Source: an uncultured delta proteobacterium
GTDB taxonomy: Bacteria > Myxococcota_A > Polyangia > Polyangiales > B10-G4
Length of the DNA: 64,000 bases
Direction: 5' to 3'
Assembly: GCA_963727445.1 (NCBI GenBank)
Contig: CAVSGI010000006.1
Coordinates: 704,001 to 768,000 of the forward strand
The translations under genes and the position numbers were made by a program. Position 1 is the stretch's first letter. Every line of letters begins with the position of its first letter. Positions 39,783-49,755 of this stretch are shown piece after piece. The notes beneath the pieces were generated by a model. That model made no database searches. It was not told the origin of the DNA and worked only from the letters and a program-made list of their open reading frames with translations.

Positions 39783-39997
39783 GCGATCGAACGGCGCGGA
39801 TCGTCGCGGTGGTCGGGCTCGGCGTGGCGCTGGTCTCCCTCACCATTTCGGGGTGGACCGCGATGATGGTTTCCCGCCAGGAAGACACCCTCCGCGAGCT
39901 GGGCGAGTCCATGCAGGAACGGCTGATGCCAGGGGGCGGTGACGCGCTCGACCTGCCGATGCACGCGCCTCCTCCCGCCCTGGAAACAGAGCCGTGA
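39779..39997 (+). CDS. small membrane protein
   Basis: GTGA-coupled start and a single TM. Confidence 0.6.
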   Translation: MSDRTARIVAVVGLGVALVSLTISGWTAMMVSRQEDTLRELGESMQERLMPGGGDALDLPMHAPPPALETEP

Positions 39998-40053
39998 AGG
40001 AACAGGAGTTGAAAGGATCGTTCCGCGGGTAATACTCCGTCCGAAAGCTTCCG

Positions 40054-41411
40054 ATGCCGAAGATCCTAGTCGTCGACGATCAGCGCAACATGCGCACGAC
40101 GCTCGCCATGATGCTTCGTGGTGCGGGCTACGAAGTCGCGCGAGGCCGAGGATGGCGACAGCGCCATCGACAAGGTGACCGGCGATGCCTACGACCTGGT
40201 GCTCACCGATCTGAAGATGGGCGGTCGGGACGGCATGGACGTGCTGCGTCACACGCGGAGAACGCGCCCCTCGACCGAGGTCATGGTCATGACCGCCTAC
40301 GGCACCATCGAGAGCGCGGTCGAGGCGATGCGCATGGGCGCCTACGACTACATCCAGAAGCCCTTCACCGAGGAAGAGCTGCTGGTGAAGGTGCACAAGG
40401 CGCTGGAGCACCGGCAGATGGCGGGGGAGCTGTCGGCGCTCACCGCCGAGTTCCGCGAGCGCTATCGCTTCGAGAACATCATCGGACGCTCGGCTGCGAT
40501 CAACGACGTCCTGGATCGCATCCGTCCGCATCGCGCCCACGGACGCCACGGTGCTCATCACCGGTGAGAGCGGCACCGGTAAGGAGTTGGTCGCCAAGGC
40601 GATTCACGCCAACTCGCGCCGTTCGGAACGGCCTTTCGTGAGCGTGAACTGTGCAGCCATCAGCGAAACGCTCCTCGAGAGCGAGCTCTTCGGGCACGTC
40701 CGGGGCGCGTTCACCGGCGCGGTGTCGTCCCGTAAGGGCCTCTTCGAGGAGGCGAACGGCGGGACCTTCTTCTTCGACGAGATCGCGGAGACACCCCCGT
40801 CGTTTCAGGCGAAGCTCCTGCGCGCGATCCAGGAGGGCGAGATCCGGCGGCTGGGCGACAACAAGTCCGTTCACGTCGAAGTGCGGATGATCGCCGCCAC
40901 CAACCAGGACCTGAAGATCGCGATTCAGGAGAAGCGCTTCCGCGAGGACCTCTTCTATCGTCTCAACGTCGCGCGCTTCGTCCTGCCGCCCCTGCGCGAG
41001 CGCCGCGAGGACATCGGTGTGCTCGTCGACTTCTTCCTCGAGAAGTACGGCCGCAAGATGCGCCGGCGCGCCAAGCTCGGCGAGGGCGTCCTCGACTTCC
41101 TGCGCAACTACGACTACCCGGGCAACATCCGCGAGCTCGAGAACCTGATCGAGCAGGGCGTCGCCCTCGCCGAGGACGGCATCATCCGCCGCGACGACAT
41201 CATCACACCGGAGATGGACCAAGGCGGCCCCCGAGAGAGCAACGGCGGCCAGCGCCAGCTCCAGGACGTGGTGGACGAGGCCGAGCGCGCCCACATCGAG
41301 GCCACCCTGAGAGAGGTCGACGGCAACAAGGAACGCGCCGCCGAGGTCCTCGGCCTCAGCTCCACCACGCTCTGGCGCAAGATGAAGCGCCTGAACGTGG
41401 TGTGGCCCTAG
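40054..41411 (+). CDS. sigma54-dependent NtrC-family response regulator (apparent +1 frameshifts near 40140 and 40522)
   Basis: REC (ILVVDD..LTD..KPF), [32 protein letters not shown] and Fis HTH, spread over three frames. Confidence 0.88.
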
Positions 41412-41430
41412 CGACGCCGAAGGCGTCGCT
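41410..41430. terminator. GC hairpin immediately after the regulator stop codon
   Basis: AGCGACGCC-GAA-GGCGTCGCT is a perfect 9-bp stem. No U-tract follows. Confidence 0.4.
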
Positions 41431-41575
41431 GACGTAGAAGCGGGACTGCTTGGAGCCGGAGCGGCGCCGTCGGCCGTATGGAAGTCCCCTCACCGAAACC
41501 AAGCCTTGCTTCGCGCGTCTCGTTCCGTCCCCCAAAAACTCGCCCCCTTTCACCCCATCGCCCATCCTGTACGTG

Positions 41576-42454
41576 ATGGCTGAACGTCTTCGTCTCGGGG
41601 ACATGCTCCTCAAGGCCAAGCTCATCGACGACTCTCAGTTGGCCGAGGCGCTCGAGAGTCAGAAGGAGTCAGGGCGTCGTCTGGGCGAAGAGCTCGTCGC
41701 CCTCGGCTTCTTGAACGAGCTTCAGGTGACCCAGAATCCTGGGCAATCAGCTCTCGGTGCCCTGGGTGGACCTGAGGCACGTGGAGTTCTCGCGCGAGCT
41801 CCTCGGCCTGGTGCCGAAAGAGCTCGCCCACAGCCACTGCTTGATCCCCATCTACGTCCGGCAGGTGCGCGGCGGAGGGGACTCGCTCTTCGTCGCGATG
41901 GACGACCCGACGAACGAGCAGCTCCTGGAAGAGATCGCGGAGCTGGCCGGCTTGCCGGTCAAGGCGATGGTCGCGCCGCCCACCGACATCCGTGACGCGA
42001 TCGGCGTCTATTACTTCGGCACCAGCCCCTCCACCGCCGTCGAGACGATGCCCGAGGAGTATCCGAGCGAGCCTGCCCCGAGCTCCGACGACGCCGAAGC
42101 GACCAACGAGGAGAGCACCGACGACGCCGAGGTGCCCGAAGCGAAGGAGCCCGAGTCGGGCGGTGGCCCGCGCCTGGTCACCCTCACGATGCTCGACGGA
42201 ACGCAGAATCCGCCTTCCGGCGAAGAAGCGCGAGGACGACGAACACGAACAAGCGCTGACCGCCGCCGACTTCGTGAACGCGCTCCTCGCCAAGGCCGAT
42301 GGCGTCGACGTCTCGGGGATCCTGCCGGACGAGAGCTGGGAGACGTTCGATCGCCACCATCCTCTCGCTGCTCCTCAAGAAGCACCTGATCGCGGACTGG
42401 GAGTTCGTCGACGAGCTCGCGCGACAGCGCGCGAAGCGAGCCAAGGCCGACTGA
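41576..42454 (+). CDS. stand-alone MshEN/T2SSE_N domain protein, no ATPase (apparent frameshifts near 41736, 42207, 42349)
   Basis: Tandem RLGDMLLKAKLI..LAEALESQ / RLGEELVALGFL motifs, then LFVAMDDP, an acidic linker and a helical C-terminus. Confidence 0.75.
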
Positions 42455-42469
42455 GAGTCGCCGCCGTGC

Positions 42470-42712
42470 TCAGCGCGCGGCGTCTTCCGCCCGCGCGCGC
42501 GCTTCCTTTTCGGCCTGCTCCTCGATCTCTTGCGCGATGCGCTCCGAGGCGCGCACGGCGTCGTCGCCGAGCTCCTCGGCTTCGGGGGTGGCCGCGATCC
42601 GGGAGACGTGCTCGGCGAGGGTCCGCTCGCCCAGAGGGACGAAGAACGCCAGGTAGGCGAAGACCGCCAGCACGATCAGCGAAACGCAGCCGCTCGCAGC
42701 TTTCCGGATCAT
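42470..42712 (-). CDS. small membrane-anchored hypothetical protein
   Basis: N-terminal TM and charged tail. TAGGTT box 6 nt upstream of the ATG. Confidence 0.65.
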   Translation of the reverse strand: MIRKAASGCVSLIVLAVFAYLAFFVPLGERTLAEHVSRIAATPEAEELGDDAVRASERIAQEIEEQAEKEARARAEDAAR

Positions 42713-42804
42713 GGACGAAACCTACATCGCGCCATCGAAGCGGCGAAGTTTCTGTGTGGGCGCGAGCCTTGAACGCGGCGCTTTAGCGACGCTTCAGCGA
42801 CGCT

Positions 42805-43641
42805 TCAGCTCCGCTTGAGCAGCTTCTCGAGAGGACCGGGCAGCCAGCTGGTGCTCTTCAGCTCGTAGCCACAGAGGGGCAGGGCGCGGCTCAGGGCGTC
42901 GTTGAAGGTCGGCTCGAGCGTCAGGACGTCCAGGTCCACCCGCGCCTCGCGGGCCGCGTCGAGCCAGCCGTGCGGGGCGCCCGCGAAGATGCAGGTCGCG
43001 CCGAGCATCCGCGCCGCGCCGTGGGCGCCGAAGACCTCGGCCGCCCGCTCCTCGTTCGGACCCTCGAGCCGGCTGATGTCCACGATCGCCGCGGCCGCGT
43101 CCACCTTGAGCATCTTGCGCCCCAGCCTTTCGACGATCTCCGACAGGACCTCCGCGTCCTGCTCTCCCGAGAGCACGAGCGCCAGGCATCGCGGAACGAC
43201 CCGGATGATGGCGGCGTTGTCCACGGTGGCCGCGGCCTGGGCCTCCTGGAGCGCCTCCTCGCGCGCCGCCACGTAGCCCTCGAAGCACATCGCGGTCAGC
43301 GGCCGCACCAGGTCTCGTGGGACCGCCCGCCCGCTCTCTTCGAGCGCGTGAACGATGGCCGGGACCAGGTGGATGGCGGCCGTGGGCGTGGCGCCCAGGG
43401 CCCCGGCCCTCCGGCCCAGGAGGGTCACCATGGCGAGGCCCTCGTGGTGCTCGAGGCGGCTCAGATCCCCTTCGGCGTTCTGATCCAGGGCAAAGGCCAG
43501 GGCGTCGATGGCGGGGCTGGCTTCGAGCGCGAGCTCGTCGGAAAGCGCCCAATCCTCGCCAAAGGGACACCCCTCGAGATAGGCGACGCGGAAGGCTCGG
43601 CTGAGCGCATCCACGTCCAGGCTTCGGGCGTCTTCCCCCAC
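42805..43641 (-). CDS. RsbR-like STAS-domain protein
   Basis: Helical N-domain, then [38 protein letters not shown], resembling a STAS fold. The ORF-track extension to 44841 is antisense to lysC. Confidence 0.6.
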   Translation of the reverse strand: MGEDARSLDVDALSRAFRVAYLEGCPFGEDWALSDELALEASPAIDALAFALDQNAEGDLSRLEHHEGLAMVTLLGRRAGALGATPTAAIHLVPAIVHALEESGRAVPRDLVRPLTAMCFEGYVAAREEALQEAQAAATVDNAAIIRVVPRCLALVLSGEQDAEVLSEIVERLGRKMLKVDAAAAIVDISRLEGPNEERAAEVFGAHGAARMLGATCIFAGAPHGWLDAAREARVDLDVLTLEPTFNDALSRALPLCGYELKSTSWLPGPLEKLLKRS

Positions 43642-43704
43642 GGGAAGAAGCCTAGTCGACGCTGGGTTTTTGTCGAAGTGAACGAGCTCGGTTACACCCG
43701 TCGG

Positions 43705-44865
43705 GTGACCATCGTCGTCCAGAAGTATGGTGGCAGCTCGGTAGCCGACGTCACCAAGATCGGCCGGGTCGCCGACGCGGTGGTGGCGACCCGACGGGCG
43801 GGTCACGACGTGGTCGTGGTCGTCTCCGCCATGGGCAAGACCACCGACCAACTCCTCGCGCTCGCCAAGGAGGTGGACGAGACCCCTCCGCGCCGTGAGC
43901 TCGACATGCTCCTCACCACCGGCGAGCGCGTGTCGATGGCGCTGCTCTCGATGGCGATTCAAAAACGGGGCGAGGCGGCCATCTCCTTCACGGGATCGCA
44001 GAGCGGCATCATCACCAACGATCGTCACTTCGATGCGCGGATCATCGAAGTCCGGCCACATCGCGTCGAGGACGAGCTCGCGCGCGGCAAGATCGTCATC
44101 ATCGCCGGCTATCAGGGGATGAGCTACAAGCGGGAGATCACCACCCTGGGGCGCGGCGGCAGCGACACCACCGCGCTGGCGATGGCGGCGGCCCTCGGCG
44201 CCGAGCGCGCGGAGATCTACAGCGACGTCGACGGCGTGTACTCGGCGGACCCACGCGTGGTCCCCGACGCCGCACATCTGCCCGAGCTCGGCTACGACCA
44301 GATGCAGGCGATGAGTGACGCCGGCGCCAAGGTGCTGCACGCGGGCGCGGTGGAATTCGCGCGCAAGGCGGGGATCACCATTCACGCGCGCGCGAGCTTT
44401 TCGCCGGGGCGCGAGACGCGGGTCGCGGCCGACGACGATCCCGCAGCGCGGGCGGTCGTCGGGCTCAAGGGGATCGAGCGGGTGTGGGTGCAGGGCGCCT
44501 CCACAGACATCGCTGGCGCGCTGCGGGTCGCACGCGCCAGAGGGGCCTTCGTGCGCGAGTCGAGCGTGGACGAGCACGGGGGCTGTTTCGACGTGGTGGT
44601 GGCGCATTCGCCCGAGTGGCAGGCGGCGCGCGAGGATCTGAAGAGCACGGGCGCCGGCGTTTCCTTCGAGTCCGGGTGTGGGCTGGTCACGGTCGTGGGC
44701 AGCGCCGCGGAAGTGATCGACGACGCCCTCGGAGCGTTGAGCCGCGCCGCGATAACCCCCAGGCGATGGCTCGGTCGAGGCATCACGACCGCGTTCTGGG
44801 TCGCTGACGACGAGGTGGACGAGGCGGTGCGCGCGCTCCACGGAGCCCTGGTCGAAGCAGACTGA
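43705..44865 (+). CDS. lysC: aspartate kinase
   Basis: [27 protein letters not shown] and [10 protein letters not shown]. Confidence 0.93.
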   Translation: MTIVVQKYGGSSVADVTKIGRVADAVVATRRAGHDVVVVVSAMGKTTDQLLALAKEVDETPPRRELDMLLTTGERVSMALLSMAIQKRGEAAISFTGSQSGIITNDRHFDARIIEVRPHRVEDELARGKIVIIAGYQGMSYKREITTLGRGGSDTTALAMAAALGAERAEIYSDVDGVYSADPRVVPDAAHLPELGYDQMQAMSDAGAKVLHAGAVEFARKAGITIHARASFSPGRETRVAADDDPAARAVVGLKGIERVWVQGASTDIAGALRVARARGAFVRESSVDEHGGCFDVVVAHSPEWQAAREDLKSTGAGVSFESGCGLVTVVGSAAEVIDDALGALSRAAITPRRWLGRGITTAFWVADDEVDEAVRALHGALVEAD

Positions 44866-44916
44866 TCTCGCCTCCGGCCTCGACCCGCGGGCGAGGTGCG
44901 GCTATAGCGGTGACCC

Positions 44917-46299
44917 ATGGCCGCGACGGTTCTGGTCGTCGACGACGAAAAGAACATCCGCCGCACTCTGCGGATGGTGCTCGAGGGGGAGGGCTTCGAC
45001 GTCCTCGAGGCCGAGAGCGCCGAGGACGGCCTGTCGCTCCTCGACGACGAGGAGGTGGACCTGTTGATCCTCGACGTGCGCTTGCCGGGTATCAGCGGCA
45101 TCGAGGCGCTCGGACGCATCCGACAGAAGAAGAACACGGAGCAGCTGCCGGTGCTGATGGTGAGCGGCCATGCCTCGGTCGCCGAGGCGGTTCAGGCGGT
45201 GCAGGGCGGCGCGACCGACTTCTTCGAAAAGCCCCTCGACCGCGATCGCGTGGTCGTGAGCGTGAAGAACGCCCTCCGGGCATCGCAGCTCGAACGCGAG
45301 GTCGAGCGGCTGCGTGCCGACAGCGCGCAGCGCTACGAGATGATCGGCGACAGCCCCGTCATGCAGAAGCTCTACTCCGAGCTCGAGAAGGTCGCGCCGA
45401 CGAAAGGGCGCGTCCTGATCACCGGTGAGAGCGGCACGGGCAAAGAGCTCATCGCGCGAGCGATCCACAACCTCAGCCCGCGCAAGTTGGCGCCCTTCAT
45501 CAAGGTCAACTGTGCGGCCATCCCCGCGGAGCTCATCGAGAGCGAGCTCTTCGGTTACGAACGCGGCGCATTCACCGGTGCTCAAGGGCGCAAGAAGGGC
45601 ATGTTCGAGCTGGCGGACCAGGGCACGCTCTTCCTCGACGAGATCGGCGACATGAGCCTGAGCGCGCAGGCCAAGGTGCTGCGCGCGCTGCAGAGCGGAG
45701 AGATCAGCCGGGTCGGCGGTGAGCGCGCGGTGGCGGTCGACGTGCGCGTTCTCGCTGCGACCAACAAGGATCTCGAAGCGGACGTGGCCGAGGGCCGCTT
45801 TCGCGAGGACCTCTACTTCCGTCTCAACGTGGTGCCGATCCGAAGCCCGGCGCTTCGCGAGCGGAAGGTCGACGTGCCGCTCCTCGCCGCCGCGTTCCTC
45901 GCCGAGTTCTGCAGCGACAACGGCTTCACCGAAAAGCCCATCGACGAAGACGTCCTCGAGGCGCTCACGCATCGGAGCTGGCCCGGCAACGTGCGCGAGC
46001 TTCGCAACGTGGTCGAGCGCATGGCCATCCTGAGCGGGGACCGGATCACGATGAGCGATCTGCCGGAGGCCGGACGCCTGGGCGCCGCCTCCGTCGACCT
46101 GCCGACGCTCGAAGGCGACGACGGCGGACGGCCGACGCTGCGCGAGTATCGCGAGCGCGCCGAGAAGCACTACATCCTGACGACCCTCGAAGAGTGCGGC
46201 TGGAACATCTCGAAGGCGGCGGGCGAGCTCGGCGTCGAGCGCACCAACCTGCACAAGAAGATGCGCAGCTACGGGATCAATCGGCGCGACCATCAGTAG
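44917..46299 (+). CDS. sigma54-dependent response regulator (NtrC/NtrX family)
   Basis: REC domain, [22 protein letters not shown] and HTH. Reading frame is intact. Confidence 0.95.
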   Translation: MAATVLVVDDEKNIRRTLRMVLEGEGFDVLEAESAEDGLSLLDDEEVDLLILDVRLPGISGIEALGRIRQKKNTEQLPVLMVSGHASVAEAVQAVQGGATDFFEKPLDRDRVVVSVKNALRASQLEREVERLRADSAQRYEMIGDSPVMQKLYSELEKVAPTKGRVLITGESGTGKELIARAIHNLSPRKLAPFIKVNCAAIPAELIESELFGYERGAFTGAQGRKKGMFELADQGTLFLDEIGDMSLSAQAKVLRALQSGEISRVGGERAVAVDVRVLAATNKDLEADVAEGRFREDLYFRLNVVPIRSPALRERKVDVPLLAAAFLAEFCSDNGFTEKPIDEDVLEALTHRSWPGNVRELRNVVERMAILSGDRITMSDLPEAGRLGAASVDLPTLEGDDGGRPTLREYRERAEKHYILTTLEECGWNISKAAGELGVERTNLHKKMRSYGINRRDHQ

Positions 46300-46330
46300 G
46301 CGCGGCGGGGGACGGAGCGAGATGGGCGAG

Positions 46331-46553
46331 TTTTGTTGTTTTGGTGAGGGGACTTTCCGTCCCCTCCACGCTCCCCTCGGGGACGGCGTCCCCGCGGCCG
46401 ACCGACAGATGCGCGAGGAGCGGGGCGGCGATACCGCCGCCCCGGGTAGAGCTGTGTGTGAAGTCGGCCTCCCCTGCACGGCGCCCGAGGCGCCGGGTCG
46501 CGGCCTTCGGCCGGCGACGGGTGGGCGCGGAGGCATGGAGGAAGGTTTTTCTT
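46331..46553. other. multi-hairpin intergenic element between convergent genes (REP-like or ncRNA)
   Basis: Hairpins at 46346-46366, 46378-46394, 46396-46469 (enclosing a perfect 10-bp stem at 46421-46444), 46479-46495 and 46497-46518. T-rich flanks. Confidence 0.5.
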
Positions 46554-47954
46554 TCAGTAAGCGGCTTCGGCGGCGGCTTCGTCCGCCTCCATGCTGTCCA
46601 TGCGGCGGGCGGCGCGCTCCATCTGATCGATGTGGAGCAGCTCGCGGCGAGCCTCGCTCGCCACCGAGGAATGCCGCTGTGCCTGTTCGAGCGTCGCGCG
46701 TGCGTCTGAGAGACGGCCGAGCTGACGGTAGCAGTCGGCGAGCTCGAGCATCGCGCGGGGCGTGCCGCTGTACTGCGGGAAGCGGGACATGAGCGAGCGA
46801 TACTGCGGCGCGGCGAGGCGGCAGTTGTTCGCGCGCTGATAGCTGCGGGCCAGATGATGGAGCGCGCTCGGCACCAGGGCCTGCTGGCCGTCGGGGTTGC
46901 GCGTGACCCGACTGAAGTCTTCGGCGGCGCCGTAGTAGTTGCCACGCTGGAAGCGCTGCATCCCGCGCGCGTAGGCTTCGCGCGCATTCGCGGGAGGCTG
47001 CTCGGCGACGCCTTCGGTGGCGGTGGTCGTCGCCGGGGCCTGTGCTTCCTGCTCGCGCTCCGCGTTCGGCGCGGGCGCCGGCATCGGCGCCGCTTGCCGA
47101 GGCGCGGCCAGTCGCTGCTGCGCCACCGCACCGCCCGAACCCGACGCGGTCGAGCTGCTCGTCGTGCGACCGCTGCCGACGCTCCCCGCCTGCGCGAGGC
47201 TGGACAGTGAGTCGAGCTGGTGACCGCGCTCGGCCCCAGCGGGTGCGTTCGCTTCCTCCGCGAGGCGACCATCCACCACGGCGCCGAAGCCCGCCGACTC
47301 GCCGTCACCGTCGAGCGCCACCTGGTCGCCCTGGGTCGCCAGGTCCTCGGCGGGGATCGGCGCCGCGCTCGCAGGCCGATCCACCTGTCGCGCCAGCGTC
47401 CCGTCCACCTGCGCCTCCTCGCGATTGCGGATCCGCCCCGTGTGCTCGTCGAGATCGAGCGCGAGCGGCTCGGCGGGCGAGAGCGTGGCGGAGGGGCCGA
47501 CCTCGCCCTCGGTATCCGGGGTCATCACCGTGCTCCCGGTGGCTTCCGGACCGTGCTGACGGTTCGGGAAGTACCAGAGCCCGATGCTCACCACGAGCAT
47601 CATGATCGTCGCCATCGCGACCTGGGGGCCCATCGCGAAGCTGCCGGCCCAGCGCAGGAAGCGAGCCCAGAGCCCCTCCTCGTCCTCGACAGCCCGGCTC
47701 TCGATCTCCTCCGCAGGCGCCGCGGCCCCGACCTTGGCCCGGGCGGCCTCCATGATCGCCGCCGTCACGGCGGTGGGCGCCTCGAGCAGGGGCAGCTCGG
47801 CGCTCAGGCGCTGCGCCATGTCGAGCTTCTCGAAGGAAGCGCGGCATTCGTCGCACCCGTCCACGTGGGCCCGAAGGGCCTTCGCGTCCTCTGCCTCGAC
47901 CTCTTCGTAGAGAAGGTCGAGGAGGTGCTCCTGGCATGTGTCGCAGCTCATCAT
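46554..47954 (-). CDS. anti-sigma factor: zf-HC2 + TM + periplasmic linker + YbgF/CpoB-like TPR domain
   Basis: HVDGCDEC, one TM, and C-terminal TPRs (AYARGMQRFQRGNY..ALHHLARSY..AMLELADCY). Lies directly downstream of the ECF sigma. Confidence 0.8.
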   Translation of the reverse strand: MMSCDTCQEHLLDLLYEEVEAEDAKALRAHVDGCDECRASFEKLDMAQRLSAELPLLEAPTAVTAAIMEAARAKVGAAAPAEEIESRAVEDEEGLWARFLRWAGSFAMGPQVAMATIMMLVVSIGLWYFPNRQHGPEATGSTVMTPDTEGEVGPSATLSPAEPLALDLDEHTGRIRNREEAQVDGTLARQVDRPASAAPIPAEDLATQGDQVALDGDGESAGFGAVVDGRLAEEANAPAGAERGHQLDSLSSLAQAGSVGSGRTTSSSTASGSGGAVAQQRLAAPRQAAPMPAPAPNAEREQEAQAPATTTATEGVAEQPPANAREAYARGMQRFQRGNYYGAAEDFSRVTRNPDGQQALVPSALHHLARSYQRANNCRLAAPQYRSLMSRFPQYSGTPRAMLELADCYRQLGRLSDARATLEQAQRHSSVASEARRELLHIDQMERAARRMDSMEADEAAAEAAY

Positions 47955-47958
47955 GGGA

Positions 47959-48591
47959 TCACGTCAGATTTCGAGCATAGTCCTCGTACTCAGCCAGCGC
48001 TTCCTGAAGCCGCTCGAGGGCATAGCGCATCCGGCTTTTCACCGTGTTTTCGGGGACGCCCACGATGGCGGCGATCTCCTTGAAGGGGAGCCCTTGAAGC
48101 TGGCGCATGAGGAAGACCTCCCGCTGTTCGTCGGGGAGGGATTCCACCGCTTCGGCCACCTTCTCGGTCACCCGCCCGGCGATGGCCTCCCGGTCCGCGC
48201 CTCGCTCCCGGCCCGCCGTGCGGTCGAGGAGGGATGGGCCCTCGTCGCCGCTCTGGCTGCTCCGCATGGGCGCATCGAGGGACTTGTGGCGGCGGAAGGA
48301 CATCTTTCTGCTGTGGTCGATGCAGAGGTTCCGAGCGATGGTGTACAGCCATGTTGAAAACTTGGATTGGCCTTTGAAGTCCTTGGACCGTTGCACGACC
48401 CGGAGGAAAACCTCCTGGAGGAGCTCCTGCGCATGGTCTTTGTGCCTCACGGAGCGGAAGATGAAGTTGTAGATGGGACGCTGGTAGCGCGCGACTAGAA
48501 CCTCGAATGCTTCCGCGTCTCCTTCGTTGAATCGGTCGAGTAACTCCGCGTCCGACGCCGCCTGACGGCCTGTGTCCGGGTCCGGACTCAA
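47959..48591 (-). CDS. ECF sigma-70 factor (RpoE-like)
   Basis: GDAEAFEVLVARYQ, QEVFL, FKGQSKFSTWLYTIARN and region 4 EIAAIVGVPENTVKSRMRYA. Confidence 0.93.
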   Translation of the reverse strand: MSPDPDTGRQAASDAELLDRFNEGDAEAFEVLVARYQRPIYNFIFRSVRHKDHAQELLQEVFLRVVQRSKDFKGQSKFSTWLYTIARNLCIDHSRKMSFRRHKSLDAPMRSSQSGDEGPSLLDRTAGRERGADREAIAGRVTEKVAEAVESLPDEQREVFLMRQLQGLPFKEIAAIVGVPENTVKSRMRYALERLQEALAEYEDYARNLT

Positions 48592-48846
48592 AGGCGACCT
48601 CCGCCCATGTCGACCGAACCCTCTGCTCCGAAGAGACGTTCCAGCCTCAGCGAGGATTTACGGCGGGTGTGCGGAGGGTACGAAGCCCTCGCCGGAGGCG
48701 CGACCGGGGTCATGAGCGGGTCGCATCATACCCCCCGAGCTCGGCCTTTCGAGAGTTCCTTACCCACCTCTCTGTCGCGCTCTGTCAATCGGCGATTTCG
48801 ACGCAATCCCGTTTGGATGGAACGTGTCCCGCACCTTCGTCCTGCG

Positions 48847-48875
48847 TTGACCCTCTCAGGGCCCCTTGCTATAAG
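48847..48875 (+). promoter_or_regulatory. sigma70-type promoter of the Glt-like operon
   Basis: TTGACC-N17-TATAAG with extended -10 TG. Confidence 0.6.
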
Positions 48876-48929
48876 CCGGCAAAGGCAGATCCGGAGGGCA
48901 AGGGCCCTTCAACACCGTCGAGAGAGGGG

Positions 48930-49755
48930 ATGAGCATGCGCACGTCGATTGCGCTGTCGTTGGCCGTGGTGATGAGCTTCACCGCGGCGTCGGCGCTTGC
49001 ACAGACCGGTGACGAAGACACCGGCACCACAGACGCGACCGAAGGCGCGAGCGACGGAACCGCGGAAGGTGACGGTGGCGACGGTGGAGACGAAGCCACC
49101 GCCGACACCGCGGACACCGTCCCCGCAGAAGAGGAAGGAAGCAGCCCCGCCGCCGAGACCTCGGCCGCCCCGGATGACAGCGAGATGGACGCCGGCACCT
49201 ACGCGGTGCGGCTCCGCGACCTCGAGCAGCGCATCAACGAGCTGAAGGAGCAGATCTTCCGCTCCAAGGCGCGCCTGTCGCTCCTGGCGGAGACGGTGCT
49301 TGCAGGGCGTCGTGGCCGGCGCGCAGGCGATCATCGTCTCACGAGAACCGCATGTCGAGCTCCTACCGGCTCGTGAAGGCCGTGTACGCGCTCGACGGCG
49401 CGCCGATCTTCAACAAGCGCCGACGAGGAGGGCTAGCCTCGGCGAGCGCGGAGCAGTTCGACATCTACAACGGCAGCATCGTTCCCGGCGAGCACACCCT
49501 CACCGTCAACCTCGAGTACCGGGGCCACGGCTACGGCATATTCTAGCTACCTCAAGGGTTATCGCTTCAAAGTGCGTTCGAACTATTCGTTCTCCGCGCC
49601 CGAGGGTACGCGCGGTCACCATTCGTGTGGTGGGTTACGAAAAGGGCGGGCCCACGGCGCCGCTCGAGGAGCGCCCGGCGATCCGCTACGTCGAACGCGT
49701 CGGCGACCGCGGCAGCCGCCCCTCTGCTTCAGACGAGGGTGACGGGGAAGAATGA
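48930..49755 (+). CDS. secreted coiled-coil/beta protein heading the Glt-like operon (multiple apparent +1 insertions)
   Basis: Signal peptide, acidic linker and LEQRINELKEQIFRSKARL coiled coil. The C-domain can be rebuilt by removing about seven single bases between 49300 and 49610. Confidence 0.65.

Noticed and set aside
40130..42360. Programmed ribosomal frameshifting in the regulator and MshEN genes
   Set aside because: No slippery heptamers or stimulatory structures. Same insertion-only pattern as elsewhere, so sequencing error is more likely.
42785..42809. 11-bp tandem duplication AGCGACGCTTC
   Set aside because: Too short, at a stop codon, and probably slippage with no evident function.
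42805..44865. 678-aa and 631-aa overlapping ORFs
   Set aside because: Artefactual extensions of the STAS-like gene and lysC into each other's antisense strand.
48818..48833. sigma54 promoter TGGAACG-tgtc-CCGCA for the Glt-like operon
   Set aside because: Poor -12 element, and a much better sigma70 promoter lies just downstream.
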